A DNA stretch of 63,706 nt, filler included, from Globobulimina sp. (Eukaryota): NCBI GenBank assembly GCA_003354225.1. It is 51 parts of 51 records of this genome, joined end to end, with 100 filler letters (N's around TTAATTAATTAA, not from the genome) between each part and the next. Parts side by side here need not be neighbours in the genome. Positions count along the whole stretch, not along the records: positions 11,269 to 12,420 come from PIVH01022236.1; positions 12,521 to 13,672 come from PIVH01022237.1; positions 13,773 to 14,924 come from PIVH01022238.1; positions 15,025 to 16,175 come from PIVH01022239.1; positions 16,276 to 17,426 come from PIVH01022240.1; positions 17,527 to 18,677 come from PIVH01022241.1; positions 18,778 to 19,928 come from PIVH01022242.1; positions 20,029 to 21,179 come from PIVH01022243.1; 43 more parts are not named here. One strand, 5' to 3'. The stretch's first letter is position 1; every line of letters starts with the position of its first letter. Both the position numbers and the translations under genes were made by a program. This document shows positions 11,635 through 22,530 of the stretch, one piece after another. The notes below the pieces were generated by a model that made no database searches, had not been told where the DNA came from, and was given only the letters and a program-made list of their open reading frames with translations.

Positions 11635-11795
11635 AGGGAATAATATAAAGTGTATATGTTGTGATATTGCCAATTGTCATGTACAATTTTATATATTTAC
11701 AGTACATCTCGCCACCCATACTTTTAATTTTAATTTTTATCAAATAAACGAATTATTGCATATTAGTTGGAAAAAAAAAGCCTTTTCTTTTTATA

Positions 11796-12420
11796 ATGCA
11801 GTCGTTACAAAAGCAAACACACAAACAATTGATTAACTATACGCCTTTGTTATGCAACCGACGTTACTTTGCGAAATATGCCGCACCGGCACCGGGTAAA
11901 ACATTTAAGACCGATTGTTGGCCGGGACTTGAAAACACAAGAACTTATATCCGAGGCTATGTAAAAGAATGGTACGTCAATGAAGGTTGGGGAATACTCA
12001 TTGATTCGACTGAAAAAGATTACGATCATATAGTTCAATGTCCATATTACGTACATTGGTCAAATATCGCTGGAATAAATATAAAGACTCTTGATGTTTC
12101 GTACGGGAAATTTCTGTATATTTCCTTGCATCTTATGATAAAACACATGCATTTGTGCATAGGTTGGAGCTCCCGTTGCATTTGAAGTGGTGGAGGAAGA
12201 TCGGGATAATAGATATCATCAAGACATGCCTCGATCGCATATGTATCAAGAAACAAGGCCAAGGTTTCTAAGTTCAAAAAGGAATCATGATTCGAATAAA
12301 GTGCGTGCCATAAATGTGCATCAATTGAATAGAATAAATTGGGAAACGGATTACATTGAAATCAATGAGGACACAAATACGCAAAATATTGATATGGATG
12401 TGGATGATTTGGATTTGTTG
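11796..12420 (+). CDS. Cold-shock domain protein with a putative mitochondrial presequence; intron at 12096-12162
   Basis: Spliced: RGYVKEWYVNEGWGIL...YYVHWSNIAGINIKTLD|VGAPVAFEVV...KVRAINV (RNP1/RNP2-like CSD pattern). Confidence 0.8.
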
Positions 12421-12520
12421 NNNNNNNNNNNNNNNNNNNNNNNNNNNNNNNNNNNNNNNNNNNNTTAATTAATTAANNNNNNNNNNNNNNNNNNNNNNNN
12501 NNNNNNNNNNNNNNNNNNNN

Positions 12521-13647
12521 TTCGAAACTGGAATTTTTATATCAAAGACAAAGAAGAAAATAAAAAGTATGAAATGACCCAATTTACAAATAAACGCATC
12601 AATTATACCATGAACGTAGTGTCAAGCTCCAATATCCCATCGTTATCTGCCTTAGGTTTGCCATATTCAGTTCCAATAATTCCTCGGAAATTTATGTCCT
12701 TCGAATGGAATCTCGGCCGCACAAACAATCAGTTATATAGCTTCGAGGCTATGTTGCAACATTCAGTCATTTACTTAAGAACACTGATCCTCCCATTTAC
12801 AACGCACAGAAATCATGACATTGGGATGCTTGCTAACCAATCCCTATCCTTATGGGATATGGTAAAACTATCAGAATTTGTTGACTTTATATTTGAACAT
12901 GAAATAACATTAAATTCAGTCCCTGATATGACAGAATATGTAATCACCGGAAATAATGATATTATTGCAAACACATTTGATATTAAGTTAAGTGCTGATG
13001 ATGTAAAATGGAAACAATATTTCGACCAACAAGAAAATGATATTATCCACGAACCAAATTACAATTTACTGTCCTTATTACAATATCGTATGTTTACTAA
13101 TAACGAAAAATGGACGTTGTCGCATGAAAATTTGATACATAATAACTGGGAGCAAAATGAATGGAAATGTTATGTTTCGCGTGGTATTCGCGACAAAATC
13201 CCGCATGACACATTATCGTATTGTCGGTCAATCCATTTTTGTCTGGGCAGATATGCTCATTTTAAGTTGGATGATTGGCCGATATTCGATGTCTTGCATT
13301 TTATGATACCATCGCAGAGAATACGGAGTGCTGTTGAGAATACTATAAAATTCTGGTTTGAACAGGATAAACATTATCGGATTGGCGTACATCGTCGTGC
13401 AATGAAAGAAGGTGGGACAGATTCAACTGGCACACCTTATGTTTGTCGGTATAAAAGCAAATCCGTGTCGAAATCTGGTCGTTATGCAGGTTTAAGGTTA
13501 GCTTCTTGCCACATGCATGCTGCACAAATGTGGAGGAAAACGTGTCAAAATCTCCCAACTTTGTTCCACATGATCAAAGTTGTGAGATTTTGTCCAATGT
13601 TTTCCTTTGAGATTAAATCCAGTCGAAATGCATTCCGCTGGACTTAA
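12521..13647 (+). CDS. GDP-fucose O-fucosyltransferase-like protein, partial
   Basis: GRTNNQ...LRTLILP and YRIGVHRR resemble O-FucT/POFUT motifs. Confidence 0.7.
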
Positions 13648-14033
13648 TCTTGAGAGTGTGCGAGTATGCCATNNNNNNNNNNNNNNNNNNNNNNNNNNNN
13701 NNNNNNNNNNNNNNNNTTAATTAATTAANNNNNNNNNNNNNNNNNNNNNNNNNNNNNNNNNNNNNNNNNNNNGATCCAATGAGAAAGTTGGAGACACAAA
13801 TTCCATAACTCTCTTCAGTCTTATATTAGTTGTAGACTATAATATAAGATTTAAAGACAACGCCATGTTTTAAATTACAAGGTCACTGCCAGAAAATTGG
13901 ACGACTGAAAAAGTGAAAAACTGTTCGTACGTACCATCGACCATTTTGCAGGAAGCAAAAAATCAATTTTATGAGCAGGACAGTTTTCAGTTTACTAGTT
14001 CTACTCAATACGATTTATATCAAATTCATCCCA

Positions 14034-14705
14034 TCATACTTTCTTTTTATTATACTCCTTTAATGCATCATCATCCATTAAACACCAGGCACCACGTTTA
14101 ATTTGCTTGATATCAGTAAGTATATATTCATCATAACTTAAAGTACCAAGAGTTCCCTTTGATATTCCTTGTTGAGCATGCAAAGTATCAAATCCTTGAG
14201 ATTTTCTTTCTTTTACTGTAATTCCAGGACATGGCGCTTTCAATAATCCAACTGTTCCTAAATCAACTTCTGCGCAAAACACAACGCCTTTTTTTTGCGC
14301 TTTGAAATCAGTAATTCCAATGGAATCAGCACAATATATTCCTTCTCCATATAATCCGTTTGGTGATAAAGCCAATGTATGGTTTCCATTAATAATACTT
14401 ACCATATTATCTACATTAGTTTGGTGATATAACATTTTTAAATTTAACCCTTCCATCATATATTTAGGTTTAGCAGTTGGTGTATGGTCCTTAGAATGTC
14501 CCGAAATGACATGTCCTGGATTGGTTCTATAACATTTATTCTTATAACCACATTCCTTCGTTTTTTCATTGAGAACTTTATAAGTTAAAATATCACATTT
14601 ATAGCCTTCTTGAACTCTCTTAGTTAACGGAATACTTTGATCGAAACCTTGAAATTGTTTTTTAACATGATTCCCAAATTTGCGTTTGGAAAAGAAACGC
14701 ATCAT
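14034..14705 (-). CDS. PARP-catalytic/Gig2-like ADP-ribosyltransferase
   Basis: LYHQT, GLYGEGIYCA, VFCAEVDLG, GFDTL and YDEY give the H-Y-E triad order. Confidence 0.85.
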   Translation of the reverse strand: MMRFFSKRKFGNHVKKQFQGFDQSIPLTKRVQEGYKCDILTYKVLNEKTKECGYKNKCYRTNPGHVISGHSKDHTPTAKPKYMMEGLNLKMLYHQTNVDNMVSIINGNHTLALSPNGLYGEGIYCADSIGITDFKAQKKGVVFCAEVDLGTVGLLKAPCPGITVKERKSQGFDTLHAQQGISKGTLGTLSYDEYILTDIKQIKRGAWCLMDDDALKEYNKKKV

Positions 14706-14781
14706 GTTTCAAAAATAAATGGCTACAAAAAAGATTTCACTCTTCAGATTTTCGTACGATTAAGTGACTAAACGTTAAATC

Positions 14782-14924
14782 ATGTCAGGTTTCAAACCAG
14801 TTTTTTTGAAAAAAGACACATTTACCGGCAAACTGTACAAAAGAGGAAAGTTCAATAAAGGATGGAAAGGACGGTTCTTTACAGTTTATCAAAAAGAGCA
14901 AAAAATTCAATATTATTCGTCCTC
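14782..14924 (+). CDS. PH-domain protein, N-terminal fragment
   Basis: GKLYKRGKFNKGWKGRFFTVY...IQYY. Confidence 0.85.
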
Positions 14925-15140
14925 NNNNNNNNNNNNNNNNNNNNNNNNNNNNNNNNNNNNNNNNNNNNTTAATTAATTAANNNNNNNNNNNNNNNNNNNN
15001 NNNNNNNNNNNNNNNNNNNNNNNNTCTAATATATTGCGTACTGTTAGCGCTTTAATATGAGAATAAAGTTCTATTTCAATGCTGTTTGCGTAAACAATAG
15101 TTGTTATGATTCGGTCTAATGTTTGCGTAAACAAATATAA

Positions 15141-15417
15141 CTTATTATCGACAAATATAACTTATTATTACATGGGGACTCCGCATAACGAGACTTGGTA
15201 TATATTGGACTCGACAGACACGTACGTTGTGTTGGTCGATTGTTCGTATATGGACACATGGACCAATGTTGGCAGCATTGTCTGGGTCAGACCAAATATC
15301 ACATTGTCATTCCAAGAAATGCATAAAGTCGCAACTGTTTATCAAAATGCGTTGGGCTGGGATTTCCCCACTGATTTCTGTGTAGACCAACACGGTCCAA
15401 CTTGCCCAACATCATAG
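15141..15417 (+). CDS. VDE-type lipocalin domain, C-terminal fragment
   Basis: ETWYILDS...YVVLVDC...WTNVGSIVWVR...LGWDF..DFCVDQHGPTC resembles the violaxanthin de-epoxidase-like lipocalin end. Confidence 0.55.
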
Positions 15418-15524
15418 CAACAATACTTTAAAAAAGAGCATGCTGACCTTTTGTCAATAGGTCCGCGCACATAAAGAGAGAAGGCCTCATGCTGTGGTAT
15501 AGCAAAAAAATAAGTGTCAAACAT

Positions 15525-16175
15525 TCATGATACAACACAACATTTACCGCTTTTCCGTTCGGATTTCACCATTCTTTGCACCAATCGCGCAGTATTTTTA
15601 TCATCAATAAATTCAAATTCATTTACATTTGTGTTCATACACAAATATTTAAAGGTTACTGGAGTTTGTTGCTGCTCTTCTTCCATTTCCAATTCGTCAA
15701 ATAAAAGCTCATTGTCATAATTATGTGCACTTAATCGGGAAAGTCCGTGATAAACTGAACATACTCGATTTTGTCCGAAAATCCTAAAATCTCCTTCTTG
15801 TTCCAATTTATAATCATTAACAATTATTATTTTCTTATAATTTGTAAATTTTACGTAAACGTGATTGGTTGAAGATAAATATTGCAATGGAATATCTGTG
15901 ATATCGATCCGATGATTTTCGGGTTTTAAGCCTTCAATTCCTGTCTTAATAGTCATTGTCCGCGTAATTTGAAATACATTGTAATAATAAGCAATACGTA
16001 AACTTTTTCGTGTTTCATGGCCTGTCGCATCGGAAATATGATTATCAATGTTTAAAATATCTAATATATTGCGTATTGTTGGCGCTTTAATATGAAAATA
16101 AAGTTCTATTTCAATGCTGTTTGCGTAAACAATAGTTGTTATGATTCGGTCTAATGTTTGCGTAAACAAATATAA
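15525..16175 (-). CDS. Hypothetical protein ending in a CaaX box (CCVVS), 5' truncated
   Basis: Polybasic KSERKSGK followed by C-V-V-S-stop. Confidence 0.6.
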   Translation of the reverse strand, partial: LYLFTQTLDRIITTIVYANSIEIELYFHIKAPTIRNILDILNIDNHISDATGHETRKSLRIAYYYNVFQITRTMTIKTGIEGLKPENHRIDITDIPLQYLSSTNHVYVKFTNYKKIIIVNDYKLEQEGDFRIFGQNRVCSVYHGLSRLSAHNYDNELLFDELEMEEEQQQTPVTFKYLCMNTNVNEFEFIDDKNTARLVQRMVKSERKSGKCCVVS

Positions 16176-16318
16176 NNNNNNNNNNNNNNNNNNNNNNNNN
16201 NNNNNNNNNNNNNNNNNNNTTAATTAATTAANNNNNNNNNNNNNNNNNNNNNNNNNNNNNNNNNNNNNNNNNNNNCCGTGGATATGTGCTTGGTGATTTA
16301 TTGTTCTAAGGAGATTCC

Positions 16319-16864
16319 TTGAAAAACCCACTTCTAACCGCTAATACATTTCAGAATTTACTCAATCTTGGAGGATATTTTGCCCGCAGACCCCAATTCA
16401 ATTTTGTGTCTCGCCTGTTGATGCGCTTATTGGCTGTTATAACGATATGGATGAAACATGGGCAGCGGAAAGTATCTTTGGAAGATATCGGCAAGGAATG
16501 GCAGCGCATGTTTCCCCGTCGGAAAATGGTGCCCGTAAGCGAAGTGACAGCGGATACTGTCTATGCGGAAGTTAGGGCAAGCTGCCCTGTGACGGATACA
16601 GGCGATGTTCGGGCTTGCTACCGTTTAATGGAATATGATCGGCGTTTGCTGGAACATATCGGCGGTGAATTTGTCGTTCTTGAATCGCAGGCTAAACCCG
16701 ATATCAAGGTTTGTCAGGTTGCCATCCGCAAAAGGGGTGTTTCGACGGCAGATTTATTACCTGCTCATGAAAAAAAGATGTTTGCGGAATTTTTGAAGTT
16801 CCCGATGAATCTTTACAGTAATGAATCACGCTGGGTTCCTCAGTTGTTCAGTGCCTTGATTTAA
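16319..16864 (+). CDS. Bacterial-type hypothetical protein (3' end may be chimeric)
   Basis: Shine-Dalgarno TAAGGAG just upstream of TTG, GC-richer codon usage, no introns. Confidence 0.7.
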   Translation: MKNPLLTANTFQNLLNLGGYFARRPQFNFVSRLLMRLLAVITIWMKHGQRKVSLEDIGKEWQRMFPRRKMVPVSEVTADTVYAEVRASCPVTDTGDVRACYRLMEYDRRLLEHIGGEFVVLESQAKPDIKVCQVAIRKRGVSTADLLPAHEKKMFAEFLKFPMNLYSNESRWVPQLFSALI

Positions 16865-17426
16865 TATGATATCTTCATTTGCCACGGATAATGTATTCAC
16901 AGTGAAATTGAACAAAAATGTTTTTACAAATCCAAATAAAGATGAAAATAGTAACAGACAAAACATTGATATAATAAAATACTTTTGTTTATCAAAATAG
17001 TCCCATGATTTACAACGTATTCTGCTCCATAAAATCATCCAATTTGTAATATTAGTATCATTGCTTAATAATATTGTCTCAATTTGTTGCTCGCAAAATT
17101 GTTGTTTGAGTAATTTATTGTAATCATCGTTAATTAGTTGCATTAACAATGTCATTTTATAATAATAACCAAAAAATTCATTTGAAATATGATATTTATA
17201 ATATGACCATACCAAATAAATAAACCATATTTCACAAATTGTGAAACATATTATATCACTCATATACTCATATTTTGTTGTAATGAATCCCCACCAAATA
17301 ATAAATAATGCAAATAACAAAACAATTGCAAACATTATCAATTCGATTATATAAAATTTGCCAGGCTTTAACATTTTATCTGTTAATTCGAGATATGATA
17401 TCACTTTGACATTCTTGTTGTTACTT
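16826..17426 (-). CDS. Eukaryotic multi-pass membrane protein fragment
   Basis: AT-rich ORF with three hydrophobic segments. Confidence 0.6.
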
Positions 17427-17526
17427 NNNNNNNNNNNNNNNNNNNNNNNNNNNNNNNNNNNNNNNNNNNNTTAATTAATTAANNNNNNNNNNNNNNNNNN
17501 NNNNNNNNNNNNNNNNNNNNNNNNNN

Positions 17527-18677
17527 GACCATTGTATGGACAACGTACTTAATGAGTGTGTGTATGGCGTATTAACGGAAACTACATACTCTGGCAGTAA
17601 TTGTTCACATTCTGGCATACTTTCGTCTGAATTAACGGGCGGCAGTGACCCACAAAATAATTGCTACAATGACACCTATTTTGAAGTAGACTGTGTTGCG
17701 CGGTCAGTGCCCATTTGTAACTATGCAGCGACAGACCATCATTATTATCCTATCGGTGCCTGCGATACAGCCAAAACCACCAATGCCACCACTGCAAATA
17801 CGCAATATTTCGCATTTGAATATATCTGTGCTAACAATGGCGATGTCTACAGGAACGAATATGACACCAACGAGTATTGTAAAGGCACGCCTGTCCTCAG
17901 TATGCGAGTCAATGCCGAATTGCAGCATTATGATTGTGGTCTGTCCGACTGTCAATTTGCAGATAGTTGCGCATTATCACTAAATTCATGTGATTCTGGT
18001 GGTTGCGACTACGATACGCATTGTTTACCGATGATTATAAATAACTGTATCGGTCTTGTTGGTGATTTGTTGCATTATGCAACTTGTAATGATGCGACAT
18101 TGAACGAGAGTTTTTATTTCGGCGTCGACTGTGATTTTCCGCTGTGGACAGACAGCGTAATTGGTGACGAGGATGAGTCCCAATGCGGAGATGAGTTATT
18201 CCATAAAGTACAATGTATTGATGACGGCAGTCCTGACTCGATTATATATCACAGTACACAATGTACGCAGGCTCCCACTCCAAATCCGACGCAAACTCCC
18301 ACTCCAAATCCGACGCAAACTCCGACCATTACCGAGTGTGACCGAGAAGATATTGGATGGGGAATTACCATTATATTCCGATTTAAATTTATTTTAAATC
18401 CGATGAATGCTACGAATAAAGCGATAGTTCAAGAAACCAGCCGACAAGCATTTATTGACGTGGAATAATGCTTTTTGTGTTGAATTATCCGATGATGCGT
18501 TAAAAATTGAAATATACGAAGCTGATACGGAGAGGAGACGGTTACTACAGACAGAAAGAGAATATTCCATTGAGGCAGAGTTTGGATATAATAATGGTTT
18601 ACAAGATGCGTTTTTTGACACCGGTTTGTATGAAAAGGATGAATTTGGAGAGAAATTCGGTGAGGAGACACGCGATG
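17527..18677 (+). CDS. Cys-rich surface protein with PTPNPTQT repeats; frameshift near 18460
   Basis: Cys-rich region, PT stalk, then an RRRLLQ motif in the second frame. Confidence 0.7.
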
Positions 18678-18846
18678 NNNNNNNNNNNNNNNNNNNNNNN
18701 NNNNNNNNNNNNNNNNNNNNNTTAATTAATTAANNNNNNNNNNNNNNNNNNNNNNNNNNNNNNNNNNNNNNNNNNNNGTCACAAGTCACTTTCTAGTCCC
18801 TCCGTCCTGGTTTTTGAGGTTTTTGAGGTTTTTGAGAAATTTAGTA

Positions 18847-19213
18847 GAGCGACGATCGGAAGGAAAAAATAAAGAAAAGATAGATTTGGATGAATTGGAT
18901 GGAAAAATAGAAAATGAAAGGTTTGAGGATTGTGATGATGGCGAAGTGCAGACACAAACACAAATTATTGTTAAACTGACAATTAAATTATCCTTGCACA
19001 GAAACAGTATTTTTTTTATCCGGTTAAATAAACAAACCAAATAAACGCACATTACAAACAAACAGTCTGTCAAACACCATCATAATAACAATTTGTGTTT
19101 GTAGTGGTGATAATGGACTGCACTTCGCCATCATCACAATCCTCAAACCTTTCATTTTCTATTTTTCCATCCAAATCTATCTTTTCTTTATTTTTTCCTT
19201 CCAATTGTCGCTC
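18847..19213. repeat. Long imperfect inverted repeat (arms about 18847-18973 and 19086-19213)
   Basis: gaaaatgaaaggtttgaggattgtgatgatggcgaagtgcag is matched by its exact reverse complement; a few substitutions and indels elsewhere. Confidence 0.95.
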
Positions 19214-19504
19214 CCATCAATTCAATCCATATAATCCATTCAATTCCATTTAATTTAATTCAAATCAATAAATCTAATATCCAATTAATTAATTATTCAA
19301 TTCAATATTTATTATTTTTTATTAATATCAAATTCATATAAATATTATGCTAAATGACGACCATATACAAGGTCATCATCATATTTATATTCTTTTTTGT
19401 TGGTATTTGATGCCTGGTTATTAACACCAAATAGATTTTAATTATTTAAATCCATATATATATATATACAATATCGCCTCTTTCGATTGCTTTTGTTTGG
19501 TTTG

Positions 19505-19580
19505 GGATCGCTTCAGGATTTGAACCTGAATCTTCTGGATATATCCATCCATCACAGTGCTCTTCTTGAGCTAAGCGATA
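19505..19580 (-). pseudogene. tRNA-like element (probably tRNA-Tyr-derived) inside dispersed repeat copy 1 (about 19397-19617)
   Basis: Minus strand: ATCGCT/AGCGAT acceptor, GCTC-AAGAA-GAGC D arm, TCAGG-TTCAAAT-CCTGA T arm; anticodon arm defective. Confidence 0.75.
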
Positions 19581-21279
19581 CTAATATGAAATTATGAATC
19601 TATGAACAGAGTTATTGTGAGTTTAATAATACAAAAATAAACTTATGGGTGATCGCCATGCTCGCTAACTATTAATTTACTGATAAATTACAAAAGTTTT
19701 TTTTTCTTTAATTATCAAAGCGTTCATTGATGAAATGAATTAAAAGCAAAAACTCTATTGTTCAGGAAATATTGGCAAAGTTTTGGAGAAAATGTTTTTC
19801 TCTTTGGCATTAGAAGTGAAAAGTAGTATGTTTGCTGACGACCCAACTGTAAACACATTGTTAGCGTTTATTTGTGCGGTTATTACTGTTGTTATGACCT
19901 ACTGTTATTTCAACAATGCCAATTGCAANNNNNNNNNNNNNNNNNNNNNNNNNNNNNNNNNNNNNNNNNNNNTTAATTAATTAANNNNNNNNNNNNNNNN
20001 NNNNNNNNNNNNNNNNNNNNNNNNNNNNATGCATTGTACCGAAAATAAAGTTGATCATCAACTAAAATTATAAAATGTAACCACAAAATAGACAGACATA
20101 CCAATAATATCATTGCAACTTAATTGTTTTCATTCGTTTCTCCATTCGTTTCTATATAGAAATGCAAACAATGCATTCGATAAAAATACAAATTCCCAAC
20201 ATCTAAAATATTGCGCATCAATAGAAATAATATCAGAATTTGTATAGTTTATAGTGGTTAACATCATTTTTGTTATTTTTGATTCAATTGTTAACACTCA
20301 GAGTGAGCTGGGATGCAAAATATGTGTCATCATAATAATTAAAATTTAAAAATACAAAATATTTCACAAACCCTGTTATTTCCATATAATTCCACTGATA
20401 ATACTATTTCCATTCGTTTCTGCATTCGACAAAACGTATCACCTCTCCTCGCTGTGCAACACATACATAATCAAAAAATATCATTAATTTCATAATTTAT
20501 TTCGAGAAAGTTCTCAGAATTTTACTATGCCTTACAACGTTTTGTTGGTTTAATACAGTTTGATATACACAAAACACGTAAGAGCTCAACAGAAATATAC
20601 TAAGACAATGAAAAATACCTTAACTAATACCAGCGATATTTGTGCATTCATTCATTCATTTTTTCGCCTTTGGTAACAAAACGTAAATGATTTTCAGTGT
20701 ATGTGGGCACTCAAAAAAAAGTGAGCAGACAAATTTCAGCATTGCCTTTTCATTCACATTTGCATAATTATAGAAAATAAAATTAATGCATCAAACGACG
20801 TGGGTGATGTCAATGGGTTTCATCACAACAAACAATAAGTGACAAATGTGTGCGTAGCAAACCTAGTGTTTATATATTTGATGCGTATTCGAAATATCCT
20901 AAATATACAATAAAATACAAATATTAATCTGTGCTAAATAATGGGGTCATGGTTTCAACAAAATGCAAAGGAAAATCAGTTGGCGAAGATCGTATAAAAA
21001 GGTGGTCCTCATAAAAACTGAAAATCAGCGATTCAAAGGTCATCAAATTATATCCTTGCACTCGAAAATGGAAAACACAAACCTTTGTAATTGATAATTT
21101 ATGTCCCATACGCGATAACTATATGAATCTTAATATATAACGGTTTATTATTTTTATTTTGCTCCATTTCATTATCAATNNNNNNNNNNNNNNNNNNNNN
21201 NNNNNNNNNNNNNNNNNNNNNNNTTAATTAATTAANNNNNNNNNNNNNNNNNNNNNNNNNNNNNNNNNNNNNNNNNNNN

Positions 21280-21425
21280 TACACACAAAAAGAGAATATT
21301 ATACATAACAAAAAAAAGTAATGTTATATATAGATATTGTATATTTTTAGCATAAAAAAACAAAAAACCCACCCGCAAAAAAGAGAATATTACATATAAC
21401 AAAAAAAGAATGTTATATATATTGT
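21280..21425. repeat. Two-copy AT-rich direct repeat
   Basis: caaaaagagaatatta(t)acataacaaaaaaag(t)aatgttatata occurs twice. Confidence 0.8.
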
Positions 21426-21535
21426 TGATATTTTATCACAATAAAACAAATTTAAAACCCACCAAATTTTATCACAATAAACTAGTCAACCAAACAAAAA
21501 CAAATATTGATGAAGAAAAGTTAAATGAAATCGCG

Positions 21536-22360
21536 TCACATCTCACAAGCAATACTAATAAATAAAAAGAAAAAGAAAGAAAAAAGGACGATCCTATCAG
21601 CAATACTTTGATCCCCGACAGAAAGTCGATGATCACCATCCACGCCATGGTATACATTGTCTCCATCATTGCTAGCAACACCACCATCCACTGCATGGTC
21701 CCATGCGTTGTCGGAAAACATATCCTCCGAATAATCCTCCGAATCATCCTCCGAATCATCATCGGCGAGTAATGCGAGGAAGTTTTCGTCTGATTTTGAA
21801 TTTGAAGCAGTTTTGCCGGCATTTTTCAGCGTCATGTATTCCTCCAAAGTCATCCAATGATCGATGTCCGAGTCATGAAAGTACCAATAAACCGCCACGG
21901 ATTTATGCGGGAAATAATCCGTTCCATCCGTCCATTTTTGAAAGTAAACATCGTCGTTTTCCTCTCGTAAATATTGGTGATATCTGGCCCAATAATTTCC
22001 ATTTTTGATATGGTCGATCACCTCGAAAATATGCACCGGTTTCGCCAAATATTGCAAAGCGACGCTGTGTTCCCAGCCACGTAAATCGATCAACCATTTC
22101 GGGAATGCTTGTTTGTATCGGCCCACTTTATTAAAATGCTCCAAAACCAGCAGTCCGACTTGCGACAGTTCCTTGGCCGCATTCTCGTCGATTTGGAACA
22201 AATTCATCCAACATTGGTATGGTTTGCAAACCAAATGTACAAATTTGGTTTTATGCTCTACCAAACCGTCTTTGATCTGGTCATCATACATAATGTGGTC
22301 GTAACTGCCCATTTTCTTCGTGGAGCTCGTACTCGATAGCCGGCGATATGCGATATAGAC
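21536..22360 (-). CDS. Hypothetical Trp/Tyr-rich protein with an acidic tail; frame is open upstream to a probable splice acceptor
   Basis: 258+ codon ORF; no family recognised. Confidence 0.55.
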   Translation of the reverse strand, partial: VYIAYRRLSSTSSTKKMGSYDHIMYDDQIKDGLVEHKTKFVHLVCKPYQCWMNLFQIDENAAKELSQVGLLVLEHFNKVGRYKQAFPKWLIDLRGWEHSVALQYLAKPVHIFEVIDHIKNGNYWARYHQYLREENDDVYFQKWTDGTDYFPHKSVAVYWYFHDSDIDHWMTLEEYMTLKNAGKTASNSKSDENFLALLADDDSEDDSEDYSEDMFSDNAWDHAVDGGVASNDGDNVYHGVDGDHRLSVGDQSIADRIVLFSFFFFLFISIACEM

Positions 22361-22530
22361 CTGTCACAATTTAATATATTCATTTTGTTTCTGTTTGGTT
22401 GCAATAAAAATACAATGAAAAAACCTGTGANNNNNNNNNNNNNNNNNNNNNNNNNNNNNNNNNNNNNNNNNNNNTTAATTAATTAANNNNNNNNNNNNNN
22501 NNNNNNNNNNNNNNNNNNNNNNNNNNNNNN

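Larger units (their letters stand above)
15025..16175 (+). repeat. 116-bp near-identical direct repeat at both contig ends (15025-15140 and 16060-16175)
   Basis: Direct comparison shows 3 substitutions. Confidence 0.95.

Noticed and set aside
20029..21179. AT-rich contig searched for RNA genes or ORFs
   Set aside because: Nothing supportable found
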